This document shows positions 9,703 to 18,748 of a DNA stretch of 64,000 bases, piece by piece (positions within the stretch are counted from its first letter, which is position 1; the number at the start of each line of letters is the position of its first letter). The notes below the pieces were generated by a model, which saw only the letters and a list, made by a program, of their open reading frames with translations, had not been told where the DNA came from and made no database searches. The translations under genes and the position numbers were made by a program. The DNA comes from Acidimicrobiales bacterium (GTDB taxonomy: Bacteria > Actinomycetota > Acidimicrobiia > Acidimicrobiales > VFJN01), in NCBI GenBank assembly GCA_035697145.1, contig DASSDL010000224.1, positions 4,484 through 68,483 on the forward strand, read 5' to 3'.

Positions 9703-11364
9703 ATGCCTTGCTTGCTGCAACGCGTCGAGCGCGCGGCTGCGCGCGGTACGGGCATCACCTTCGTTGTGGGCGGCGTCGGGGATGCGGTGTCCTGGGGTGA
9801 GCTCCACGAGCAGGCCAAAGCTTACGCCGCAGCCCTCCAGGCGCACGGGGTCCGCCCGGGCGACCATGTCGCCCTTCTCTCGCCCACCACCCGGCCGCTG
9901 GTCACCGCCATCCAGGGCACCTGGCTGGCGGGCGCCGCCATCGTGGTGCTGCCACTGCCGATGCGGCTGTCCTCGATCGAGGAGTTCGTCGCCCAGACCC
10001 GCAGGCGCATCCGTCACGCCGACGCCAGGCTGGTGGTCGTCGATACCGAGCTGGCCGCCTTCGTGGTGCCCGAGCCCGGCGACCCGCCGATGGTCGGCTT
10101 CGACGACCTGGTCTCGGGTTCTCCGGGACGACGTTGGGTTCGCCCATCCGACGACCCCGACCGGCTGGCGATCCTGCAGTTCACCAGCGGGTCCACGTCC
10201 GATCCCAAGGGCGTCATGCTCCCGGACCGTGTGCTGTGCGCCAACCTCGACGCCGTGGCCGAGGCGGCGGCGCTCGATCCCGACGAGGACGTGCTCGTGT
10301 CGTGGCTGCCGCTGTACCACGACATGGGCTTGGTGGGCCTGCTGACCCTGCCGATGTCGACCGGCGCGCGGCTGGTGCTCGGCGCGCCGCAGGACTTCAC
10401 GGCCAAGCCCGCCCGCTGGATGGAATGGGTGTCGACCTATGGCGGCACGGCCACTGCCGGGCCCAACTTCTCCTGGGTGCTGGCGACTCGGGCGCTCGAC
10501 CGCAGCGAGCCGCTCGACCTCTCCCGCCTGCGGGTGGCGCTCAACGGCGCGGAGCCCATCGATCCCGACCAGGTCGAGGCCTTCGTGGCCGCCGGCCTTC
10601 GCCACGGGTTGCGCCCGGAGGCGGTGTTCCCGGCCTTCGGCATGGCCGAGGTGGGCATCGGCGGCACGTTCCCGGCCCCGCTGTCGGGGATGACGACGGA
10701 CTGCGTCGACCGCCGCGTCCTGGAGACGGAGCGCTACGCGGCCCCGACCGATCCCGGCGCCGCGGGGAGCCGCCGCCTACCGCTGCTCGGCCGCCCGGTG
10801 CCGGGGCTCGAGATCCGCATCGTCGATCCCGACACCGGGGCCCCGCTGCGCGAGCGGGAGGTGGGCGAGCTGGAGATCCGGGGCACGTCGGTCACGCCGG
10901 GTTACTACCGGCGTCCCGATGCCAACGCCGAGCTGTTCCACGACGGCTGGCTGCGCACCGGCGACCTCTCCTATCTGCTCGACGGGCAGCTGGTCATGTG
11001 CGGCCGCATCAAGGACGTGATCATCGTCGGCGGCCGCAACCTGTTCCCCGAGGACGTCGAGCGGGCGGTCGGCCACCTCGAGGGCGTACGGGCGGGCAAC
11101 GTCATCGCCTTCGGTGTCGACGGCGACCGGGGTCGCGAGTCGCTCGTGGTGGTGGCGGAGTCCCGGGCCGTCGACGACGACCTGGCCGCCGTGCGGCTGC
11201 TGGTGGCGGAACGCGTGCGGGACGCGGTTGGCATGCCGGCCAAGGACATCGTCCTCGTGGCGCCGGGCACCCTGCCCAAGACCAGCTCCGGCAAGCTGCA
11301 GCGCTCGCTGTGCAAGCGGTACTACCGGGACGGCCGCCTGGAGCCGGCCGACGTCTCGGTCTGA
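9703..11364 (+). CDS. fatty acyl-AMP ligase / acyl-CoA synthetase family (AMP-binding)
   Basis: C-terminal 553 codons of the 1080-aa ORF, from the first ATG after the leuS start. LQFTSGSTSDPKGVML, SWLPLYHDMGLVG, LRTGDLSY, LPKTSSGKLQR. The upstream part of that ORF is antisense to leuS. Confidence 0.85.
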   Translation: MPCLLQRVERAAARGTGITFVVGGVGDAVSWGELHEQAKAYAAALQAHGVRPGDHVALLSPTTRPLVTAIQGTWLAGAAIVVLPLPMRLSSIEEFVAQTRRRIRHADARLVVVDTELAAFVVPEPGDPPMVGFDDLVSGSPGRRWVRPSDDPDRLAILQFTSGSTSDPKGVMLPDRVLCANLDAVAEAAALDPDEDVLVSWLPLYHDMGLVGLLTLPMSTGARLVLGAPQDFTAKPARWMEWVSTYGGTATAGPNFSWVLATRALDRSEPLDLSRLRVALNGAEPIDPDQVEAFVAAGLRHGLRPEAVFPAFGMAEVGIGGTFPAPLSGMTTDCVDRRVLETERYAAPTDPGAAGSRRLPLLGRPVPGLEIRIVDPDTGAPLREREVGELEIRGTSVTPGYYRRPDANAELFHDGWLRTGDLSYLLDGQLVMCGRIKDVIIVGGRNLFPEDVERAVGHLEGVRAGNVIAFGVDGDRGRESLVVVAESRAVDDDLAAVRLLVAERVRDAVGMPAKDIVLVAPGTLPKTSSGKLQRSLCKRYYRDGRLEPADVSV

Positions 11365-11370
11365 AGCGTG

Positions 11371-11412
11371 CTGGCGTCTCTGAGGCCGGATATGTGACGT
11401 GAGAGACGCCAG
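11371..11412. terminator. hairpin between convergent FAAL and LLM genes
   Basis: CTGGCGTCTCT (11371-11381) pairs perfectly with AGAGACGCCAG (11402-11412); loop about 20 nt. Confidence 0.4.
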
Positions 11413-11421
11413 AACGGGGGG

Positions 11422-12432
11422 TCAGGCGGCCTTGAGGTCGGCGATCACTTGGTCCCACCGGGCACGGTCGGTGTCGTAGGGCGCGTAGAAGCTGAGGCGG
11501 TGGAGGACGTCGCCCCACCGATCCTTGAGCGCGCCGGCCACCCGGTCCACGGGCGCAACCACCGCGAACGTCGCCAGCATGTCGTCATCGATCAGGGCGC
11601 CCATCTCGGCCCAGCGGCTCTCTTTGGACAGCCGGTTGAGCTCGTCCTGGAGGTTGCCCCAGCCGTGGAGCTCCAGCACCGGGCGGTACGCCGGTGTCGA
11701 GCCGTAGAAGGCGATCTGGCCCTTGACGCCCTTGGCCGCCTCCGCCATCTCGGGCTCGTCCCGCCCCGTGACCACGAACATGGGCCCGGAAAGCTGGAAG
11801 CCGTCCATGGGCTTGCCGGCCTTCGCTCGACCCTTGGCCAGGTTGGGGAGGGTGACCTCGTCGAGGTATTGCCGGGTGGTGAAGGCGTGGCACAGGAAGC
11901 CGTCGGCCACCTCGCCCGCCACCTGGGTCATCCTCTCACCCACGCCGGCGAGGAAGATGTGGGCGTCGCCGTGGGGGTTGGGCCCCGGGTTGAAGAACGG
12001 CGTCATCAGCGTGTGGCTGTAGAAGTCGCCCCGAAAGTCGAGCTTGGTGCCCTGGTTCCAGGACTCCCAGATGGCCCGGATGGCGAGGATCATCTCCCGC
12101 ATGCGGGCTGCGGGGCTCGACCACGGCATCGAGAAGCGCCGGGTGATGTGCGCCTTGATCTGGCTGCCGAGCCCGAGGATGAACCGGCCCTGCGACGCCG
12201 CCTGCAGGTCCCACGACACCTGAGCCAGCGTCATGGGGTTACGGGCGAACGCCACAACGATGCCGGTCCCCAGGTCGAGGCGCTCGGTGTGCTCCGCCGC
12301 CAGCACGAGCGGCAGGAACGGGTCGTGGCTGGTCTCCGGCACCCAGATGCCGTCGTAGCCGCGGGCCTCCTCCTGCGCCGCCGCCTCGCCGGCCTTCTCC
12401 AATCCGCCCCAGATCCCTCCATCGATCTTCAT
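11422..12432 (-). CDS. luciferase-like (LLM class) F420-dependent oxidoreductase
   Basis: MKIDGGIWGGLEKAGEAAAQEEARGYDGIWVPETSHDPFLPL...GLGSQIKAHITRRFSMPW. Start taken at ATG 12432; the ORF is open to 12501. Confidence 0.8.
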   Translation of the reverse strand: MKIDGGIWGGLEKAGEAAAQEEARGYDGIWVPETSHDPFLPLVLAAEHTERLDLGTGIVVAFARNPMTLAQVSWDLQAASQGRFILGLGSQIKAHITRRFSMPWSSPAARMREMILAIRAIWESWNQGTKLDFRGDFYSHTLMTPFFNPGPNPHGDAHIFLAGVGERMTQVAGEVADGFLCHAFTTRQYLDEVTLPNLAKGRAKAGKPMDGFQLSGPMFVVTGRDEPEMAEAAKGVKGQIAFYGSTPAYRPVLELHGWGNLQDELNRLSKESRWAEMGALIDDDMLATFAVVAPVDRVAGALKDRWGDVLHRLSFYAPYDTDRARWDQVIADLKAA

Positions 12433-12601
12433 GGCCGGTGACCGTACTTCGCCCCGGCCGGCGGGCCTCAGGGCCCAGCGGATAGAGCGTTCCGCAGGCA
12501 CCCCGCGTGGGAATTTGTTGCCGGGTCGCAGCTCAACAGCTGGGCCTCCCAGCAGCGCTGACCACCGAGAGCCAGGTTGACGTGCCTATCCGCGCACGCT
12601 C

Positions 12602-13474
12602 TTACGACTCGCCACGTTGATCCCGCAGGAACTGTTCGAGCTCGGCCACCAGCTCGTCGCCCGTCGGCAGGTCCTCGGGCGCGAACGACTGCGGTGCCTC
12701 GGCCTCCTCGTACGCGGTCTCGAGCTGGTGGAGCATGGCCACGTGCTCGGGGTTCTGGGCGATGAGCTCGTCCAGCCGGTTCCGGGTTGCCTCGGCGCGT
12801 CCCGGCAGGTCCCCGAACGGCAGTGACAGCTCCCCGATCCGGGCCAACGCCTCGATCAGCGCCACGCTGCCGGCGGGGAAGGGCATGGCGGGCGGCAGGT
12901 AGTGGGGGATCTGTGCCCACAGCCCCACCGAACCGATGCCTCGGTCGTGGCAGCCCTGCTCGACAGCGGCCTGGATGCCACCCGGGAAGTCGAGCGACGC
13001 CCGCAGGAACCCGCCGTCAGCCAGGCTCGGGGTCGAGGCGGTGCACGCGACCCGCGGCGAGCGGGTGTGGGGGGCGGCGAAGGGATAGGCACCCAACCCG
13101 ACGCACATGCGGGCGCCGAAGTCGAGCGCCAGGCCCACCACCTCGTCGGTGAACTGCTGCCACAGCCGGTCGGGCTCGGCGCCCACCAGCAACAGGAGCT
13201 CCTTGCCCTCGAGGTCGGTGGCGGCCCGAAGCTCGAGCGAGGGCCACGTGAGCCCCCGCAGCACCCCGTTCTCGAGGTGGGCGATGGGCCGGCGGGCCCG
13301 GTAGTCGAGCAGGTCGTCGGTGGAGAATCGGGCGACCGTGATCGTGTCCAGCTGGTCGGACAGCACCTCGGCGGCGGTGACCGCGGCCAGGCCGGCGTCG
13401 ATCCAGCCCTCGACCGCCAGCACCAGCACGGGATCGTCGAGATCTGGTTGCTCGATCAGCTCGTACAGCGGCAC
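12602..13474 (-). CDS. PAC2 (proteasome assembly chaperone 2) family protein
   Basis: 290 aa. MPLYELIEQPDLDDPVLVLAVEGWIDAGLAA... N-terminus typical of actinobacterial PAC2 proteins. Confidence 0.75.
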   Translation of the reverse strand: MPLYELIEQPDLDDPVLVLAVEGWIDAGLAAVTAAEVLSDQLDTITVARFSTDDLLDYRARRPIAHLENGVLRGLTWPSLELRAATDLEGKELLLLVGAEPDRLWQQFTDEVVGLALDFGARMCVGLGAYPFAAPHTRSPRVACTASTPSLADGGFLRASLDFPGGIQAAVEQGCHDRGIGSVGLWAQIPHYLPPAMPFPAGSVALIEALARIGELSLPFGDLPGRAEATRNRLDELIAQNPEHVAMLHQLETAYEEAEAPQSFAPEDLPTGDELVAELEQFLRDQRGES

Positions 13475-13495
13475 GGCGGCGGCCCCTCGCCTCGC

Positions 13496-14548
13496 CTAGT
13501 CCAGCCGTCCGAGGGCGGCGCGGGCGGCCTCCGCCAACAGCTCGACCTGGTGGGCGAAGCCCTCGAAGCCCGAGGCCGCGCCCATCGCGCCTCCCCGGTA
13601 GCGGGCATAGACGCCCTCGAGGATGCAGGCGAGCTTCCAGTAGCCGAACGCGACGTAGTAATCGACATGGCTCACATCGCGGCTCGAGGCGGCGGCGTAC
13701 ATGTCCATCAGCTCGGCCCGCGTGACGAAGCCCTCGGCCAACGTGGGCGCATCCAGCAGCGCCGGGTGGCCATCGCCGGGCTCGGTCCAATACACGAGCA
13801 GCAGGCCAACGTCGGCCAGCGGATCGCCGAGCGTGCAGAGCTCCCAATCGAGCACGGCGGCGATCGTGCCGTCCGCCTCGAGCAGGCAGTTGTCGAGCCG
13901 GTAGTCGCCGTGGACGATCGTGGCCGTGCCCTGCTCGGGGACCCGAGCGGCGAGCGCATCGTGCACCTCGTCGACGACCCCCAACTCCCGGGTCTTCGAG
14001 CTCTGCCACTGGCCGTACCAGCGACGCAGCTGACGCTCGATGTAGCCGTCGCGGCGGCCCAGATCGCCGAGGCCGACAGCGTCGGGGTCGACGGCGTGGA
14101 TGCTCGCCAGCACGTCCGCGAGCTGGCGACCGGCGCGCCGGCGCTGATCGACGCCCAGCTGTTCTGCCGCAGCGCGATCGCGGGCGACCAGGCCGTCCAC
14201 GAAGCCCATGACGTAGAACGGCGCGCCGTTGACGTCCTCGTCGGTGCACAGCCCGATCACCGGCGCCACCGGGACGTCGGTGGGAGCCAGGGCCGAGATG
14301 ATGCGGTGCTCCCGCCCCATGTCGTGGGCGGTGGCCAGCACGTGGCCCAGCGGTGGGCGGCGCAGGACCCACGACAGCCCTCCGGAGTCGGTCACCCGGT
14401 ACGTGAGGTTGGAGCGACCGCCGGCGATGAGCGAGAACCGCAGCGGCGGCTCGACGCCGGCCGCATGGGCCTCGAACCAGCCGGTAACGCCGTCGGCGTC
14501 GATGCCCTCGGGCACCTCGCTGGTCTCGATCGCGGAGGTGTCGGTCAT
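13496..14548 (-). CDS. phosphotransferase (APH/choline-kinase-like) family protein
   Basis: LRRPPLGHVLATAHDMGREHRIISAL, catalytic loop IVHGDYRLDNCLL, VLDWELCTLGDPLADV. Confidence 0.8.
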   Translation of the reverse strand: MTDTSAIETSEVPEGIDADGVTGWFEAHAAGVEPPLRFSLIAGGRSNLTYRVTDSGGLSWVLRRPPLGHVLATAHDMGREHRIISALAPTDVPVAPVIGLCTDEDVNGAPFYVMGFVDGLVARDRAAAEQLGVDQRRRAGRQLADVLASIHAVDPDAVGLGDLGRRDGYIERQLRRWYGQWQSSKTRELGVVDEVHDALAARVPEQGTATIVHGDYRLDNCLLEADGTIAAVLDWELCTLGDPLADVGLLLVYWTEPGDGHPALLDAPTLAEGFVTRAELMDMYAAASSRDVSHVDYYVAFGYWKLACILEGVYARYRGGAMGAASGFEGFAHQVELLAEAARAALGRLD

Positions 14549-14734
14549 GAGCGCAGCTCGTGACCGGTCGACCGTGCGAGCGCCTTAAGGCGATCCGACG
14601 ACGATGGGGTGCGGGGGCGCAGCCCCCGGGGATGCACGGTCATGGTTGGTTCACCGTAGTGGCACCTCGGCGCCACCGGGCCGTTGCGTGGCGGCGGTCG
14701 GGTCCGGGCACCCTCGTCGATAGCCTGGCTGGCG

Positions 14735-15454
14735 ATGACCATCGACGTCACCGATACCACGTTCCAGACCGAGGTCCTCGACCGCTCGCAGACCACGCCG
14801 GTCGTGGTCGACCTGTGGGCACCGTGGTGTGGACCCTGCCACCAGCTCGGCCCGATCATCGAGAAGGTGGTGGACGAGACCGAAGGCAAGGTCGTGCTGG
14901 CCAAGGTCAACGTCGACGAGAACCCACAGGTGTCGGCTGCATTCCGCGTGCAGGGCATTCCTGCGGTGTTCGCGGTGTCCGGCGGCAAGGTGGTCGACGG
15001 CTTCATCGGCGCTCAGGGCGAGACTCCGGTGCGCGAGTTCGTGGACCGGTTGCTCCCCAGCGAGGCCGAGGTAGAGCTCGAGAAGCTCGTGGCCGCCGGC
15101 GACGAGGAGTCGTTGCGGCGGGCGCTCGAGCAGCAACCCGACCACGCCGGTGCCATCGTGGCCTTGGCCGAGCTGTTGGCCGACCGGCGGGGTGACGGCG
15201 ACATCGACGAGGCGCTGGCGCTGCTCGAACGGATCCCGGAGACTCCGGAGACGCGGCGCGTGGCGGCGCTGGTGCGCACCGGCGGCGACGAGGCATCGAC
15301 CGACGAGATCACCACGGAGCTGGACGCGCTGCTCGACCAGGTCAAGGCCGATGCGGACGCCCGCCAGCGGTACGTCGACCTGCTGGAGGTCTTGGGCAGC
15401 GACGACCCCCGCACCGCCGACTACCGCAAGCGCCTGACCGCCCGGCTGTTCTGA
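14735..15454 (+). CDS. thioredoxin domain + TPR-like co-chaperone (YbbN-type)
   Basis: MTIDVTDTTFQTEVL...VDLWAPWCGPCHQL (CGPC active site), then a helical repeat tail. ATG 14735 chosen inside the ORF that opens at 14684. Confidence 0.85.
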   Translation: MTIDVTDTTFQTEVLDRSQTTPVVVDLWAPWCGPCHQLGPIIEKVVDETEGKVVLAKVNVDENPQVSAAFRVQGIPAVFAVSGGKVVDGFIGAQGETPVREFVDRLLPSEAEVELEKLVAAGDEESLRRALEQQPDHAGAIVALAELLADRRGDGDIDEALALLERIPETPETRRVAALVRTGGDEASTDEITTELDALLDQVKADADARQRYVDLLEVLGSDDPRTADYRKRLTARLF

Positions 15455-15494
15455 TCGGCGCGTCCAGGGGATCATCGGGCCCGAGGTCTGCGGC

Positions 15495-15818
15495 GTGCGG
15501 CTCGAGCGCCACGATGGCTACTGGTTGTTGGTCGGCCCCGCGGCTCCGGGGGCGTCGGCGACGACGTTGGGGCCGCTGATCCTCATGCGCCCCCGTGGCG
15601 TCGGGGATGCGCGGCTCCTGCGCCACGAGCTCGAGCACGTGCGCCAGTGGCGCCGTTACGGCGTGGTCGGGTTCCTGCGGCGTTACCTGGGGGCGTACCT
15701 GACCTGGCGCGTGCGCGGCTACGGGCACAAGGCTGCCTACCGGCGCATCCCGTTCGAGATCGAGGCGGAATGGCGCGCCCGCCGGGCACTGATCGACCCC
15801 GGCAAGCCGAGGCAATAG
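15495..15818 (+). CDS. small hypothetical protein with HExxH motif
   Basis: 107 aa, GTG start. LLRHELEHVRQWRRYG resembles Zn-metallopeptidase/DUF4157-type HEL.HV.Q motifs. High GC3. Confidence 0.4.
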   Translation: MRLERHDGYWLLVGPAAPGASATTLGPLILMRPRGVGDARLLRHELEHVRQWRRYGVVGFLRRYLGAYLTWRVRGYGHKAAYRRIPFEIEAEWRARRALIDPGKPRQ

Positions 15819-15854
15819 GGACCGCGGGAGAGCTCACGAGGCGATAGGGACCGA
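15808..15854 (+). repeat. 17-nt direct repeat pair upstream of comEA
   Basis: CGAGGCAATAGGGACCG (15808-15824) and CGAGGCGATAGGGACCG (15838-15854); 16/17 identical, 30-nt period. The first copy spans the TAG stop of the preceding ORF. Confidence 0.5.
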
Positions 15855-15999
15855 CCCCCGAGCCGGATTGCACCGGGAGCCTCCGTCCGAGGGTCATTGC
15901 CTCGCCCGGTCGATCCCGGTCCGGCCGGCTCAGGGTCCGGGCTAGTCTGCGGGCTCCGGACTTCCCCTCCCAACGTCCCTGCGCGCCCGGAGGGTTGCC

Positions 16000-16782
16000 A
16001 TGTCCGTCCCCTCTCCCGAGCTTCCGCGACCCCTGCCGGCGCGCACCTGGCGCGAGCAGTTGGCCGGGCTGGCCGAGTCGTTCGACGTCTCGCCCCGGCG
16101 CCTGGTGCTCGGGGCCGTCGCCCTGGCCTGCATCGGCGTCATTGGCTGGCGTCTGCTGGCACCTCCGCCCGCGCCGGCCGAGATGCGTCTGCCGTTCGCG
16201 CAGCCGTCTGCGCCGGGAGACGGCGGGGCCGACCCGTCGGCCGACACGGGCGGCAACGGCGTCAGTGGTGGCACCGGCGGCGGGGGCACCGCGACCGCCA
16301 CCACCGCCACGGCCACCGAGGTCGTCGTCCACGTGGCGGGCGCCGTGGCGTCACCCGGGGTGCGGCGCCTGCCTCCGGGCAGCCGGGTGATCGATGCCCT
16401 CGACGCCGCCGGCGGTGCCCTCCCGGACGCCGATCTGCCCCGCATCAACCTGGCGGCACCGCTGGTCGACGGGCAGCAGGTCTACGTGCCCAAACCCGGT
16501 GAGCAGCCACCGGTGGCGACCGGCCCCGGGGCTCCAGGGGTAGCCGGGGCCGCAGGCGGTGCCGCCGGCCCCGGCGGCTCGCTCCCCGGCGCGCTCGTCG
16601 ACCTCAACACCGCTACGGCCGAGCAGCTGGACACGCTGCCGGGCGTGGGGCCGTCGACGGCGGCGGCGATCATCGCCCACCGCGACCAGAACGGGCCGTT
16701 CACCTCGGTCGACCAGTTGCTCGACGTGCGCGGCATCGGCGAGGCCAAGCTCGAGCAGTTGCGCGACCTCGTCTCGGTGTGA
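16000..16782 (+). CDS. comEA: competence protein ComEA (SLBB + helix-hairpin-helix DNA-binding)
   Basis: TM segment and Gly/Thr-rich linker. VVHVAGAVASPGVRRLPPGSRVIDAL (SLBB). VDLNTATAEQLDTLPGVGPSTAAAIIAHRDQNGPFTSVDQLLDVRGIGEAKLEQL (HhH). Confidence 0.85.
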   Translation: MSVPSPELPRPLPARTWREQLAGLAESFDVSPRRLVLGAVALACIGVIGWRLLAPPPAPAEMRLPFAQPSAPGDGGADPSADTGGNGVSGGTGGGGTATATTATATEVVVHVAGAVASPGVRRLPPGSRVIDALDAAGGALPDADLPRINLAAPLVDGQQVYVPKPGEQPPVATGPGAPGVAGAAGGAAGPGGSLPGALVDLNTATAEQLDTLPGVGPSTAAAIIAHRDQNGPFTSVDQLLDVRGIGEAKLEQLRDLVSV

Positions 16783-16791
16783 GCGACGCCC

Positions 16792-18699
16792 GTGGCCGAT
16801 CGCTGGGCGGTCGTCCTCGCCATGGCGACGTTTGCCGGGTCGCTGGCCGGGGTCGACGGCCACGTGGCCGGTGTGCCGCTGACCCTGGCGGCGTCGGTGC
16901 TCGCGCTGGGCCTGGCAACCCGCCGGCCCGGGATGGTCTGCCTCGGCGCCGCCTTGTTGGCGGCCTCGTTGGGACAGCGGTCGCTCGCCGGGCTGGAGGC
17001 ACCACTCGACACCGGTCCCGTCACGGCCGAGGTGACCCTGGTGGCGGATCCGGTTTCGGACGGGCACGGTGAGGTCGGCGTCGACGTCCGGCTCGATGGC
17101 CGCCGGCTCAGGGCGCACGCGCGGCTGGCGCCGGCGGCCGCGCTCGACGAACGGCTGGCCGGAGAACGGGTGCTGCTCATCGGCGAGGTTCGCCCCCCGG
17201 GGCCGACGGAATCGGGCCTGCGCTATCGGCACCTGGCGGGGCGGTTGGAGGTCGACGCCGTGGTGGGCTGGCGGACCGGCGACGGCGTGACCCGGGTGGC
17301 CAATGGCCTCCGCCGCACTCTGGCACGGGGTGCAGAGGTGCTTTCCGACCGGCACGCCAGCCTGCTGGCGGGGCTGACACTGGGAGACGATCGCGACCAG
17401 CCGCCCGACATGACCGACGCCTTCCGGGCCGCAGGGCTGACCCACATCCTCGCCGTGTCGGGCCAGAACGTGGCCTTCGTGATGGTGCTGGTGGCGCCCG
17501 CGCTGTCGCGGCTCCGGTTCGGTCCCCGGCTCGTGATCACGCTGGCCGTGCTGGCCGGATTCGCGCTACTGACTCGCTTCGAGCCGTCGGTCCTCCGGGC
17601 CACCGCCATGGCGGCCGTGGCCGCCGCCGGCGCTGCCCTGGGCCGGCCGGCCTCGACCCTGCGGGTCCTGGCGCTGGGGGTCAGCGGAATCCTCCTCGTC
17701 GATCCACTGCTGGCGACGTCCCTGGGCTTCCAGTTGTCGGTCGCGGGCGCCGCCGGGATCGTCGTGGGGGCGGCGCGGCTCGAACCGGCCCTCCCTGGTC
17801 CTCGCTGGCTGACGGCTCCTCTGTCCGTCACCCTGGCCGCCCAGTTGGCGGTGGCCCCCCTGCTGGTGGCCAGCTTCGGCGCCGTGCCCGTGGCGTCGCT
17901 GCCGGCCAACCTGCTGGCATTGCCCGCCGCCGGGCCGGTCATGGTCTGGGGGCTCACCGGCGGACTGGTCGCGGGACTGGCCGGCGACGCGGTGGCCACG
18001 GTCGTGCACCTCCCGACCCGGGCCCTGCTGGCCTGGATCGACGGTGTGGCCACCGCCGCCGCCCGCTGGCCGCTGGGTGGGCTGCAGACGGGCCACGTGG
18101 CATTCCTCGCAGTCGCCGCGGCGGCTGCGATCGCCGCTCGGGCCTGGGCGCGACCGGACACCGAGGGGAACGCCGGACGGCCACCGGGGCGCCGCGGGCG
18201 CCGCTGCACGAGCGTCACGCGCGGGGCCGCAGCGCTGGTGGCGGTCGCCGTCCTCGTGCATGCCGCGGCCGCCAGCCGGGGGCCCGGCCTCGTGAACGGG
18301 GAAGCCGTGGGCCCCGGCGCGCAGCTGTGGCAAGGCGGGGGAGCGGCGGCGCTGATCGTCGACGGACGGGCGCGCGACATGGCGGTGTTGTCGGGGTTGC
18401 GGGATCGGGGCGTGGCGCGCCTCGACGTCGTGGTGCTCCGCACGGCGGCGCAGGGTGCGGCCGAGTTGGCAGCCACGCTCCGGCGACGTTGGCCGGGCGT
18501 CGTCGTCCTCGGGCCCGAGGATTCGAGCTCGATGGCGCGCCGAGTCGACGGCGTCGCCCCCGTGACCGTCCCCAGCACGGGCGCAGTGATCGACCTCGGT
18601 GGGCTCCGGCTGACCGTGAGCGCCAGCACGCGGGAGCGGCTCGATGTTCGCATCGCGCTCCGGGAATCGGCAACGCCGCCCCCTCTGGCGGACCGATAG
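16792..18699 (+). CDS. comEC: DNA internalisation channel ComEC/Rec2
   Basis: 635 aa, polytopic. FRAAGLTHILAVSGQNVAFV competence-domain motif. Confidence 0.85.
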   Translation: MADRWAVVLAMATFAGSLAGVDGHVAGVPLTLAASVLALGLATRRPGMVCLGAALLAASLGQRSLAGLEAPLDTGPVTAEVTLVADPVSDGHGEVGVDVRLDGRRLRAHARLAPAAALDERLAGERVLLIGEVRPPGPTESGLRYRHLAGRLEVDAVVGWRTGDGVTRVANGLRRTLARGAEVLSDRHASLLAGLTLGDDRDQPPDMTDAFRAAGLTHILAVSGQNVAFVMVLVAPALSRLRFGPRLVITLAVLAGFALLTRFEPSVLRATAMAAVAAAGAALGRPASTLRVLALGVSGILLVDPLLATSLGFQLSVAGAAGIVVGAARLEPALPGPRWLTAPLSVTLAAQLAVAPLLVASFGAVPVASLPANLLALPAAGPVMVWGLTGGLVAGLAGDAVATVVHLPTRALLAWIDGVATAAARWPLGGLQTGHVAFLAVAAAAAIAARAWARPDTEGNAGRPPGRRGRRCTSVTRGAAALVAVAVLVHAAAASRGPGLVNGEAVGPGAQLWQGGGAAALIVDGRARDMAVLSGLRDRGVARLDVVVLRTAAQGAAELAATLRRRWPGVVVLGPEDSSSMARRVDGVAPVTVPSTGAVIDLGGLRLTVSASTRERLDVRIALRESATPPPLADR

Positions 18700-18748
18700 C
18701 TTCCCCACCGTGATCGAGTCCGCCCTTCCGCGGGTGCCACACGTCGAC

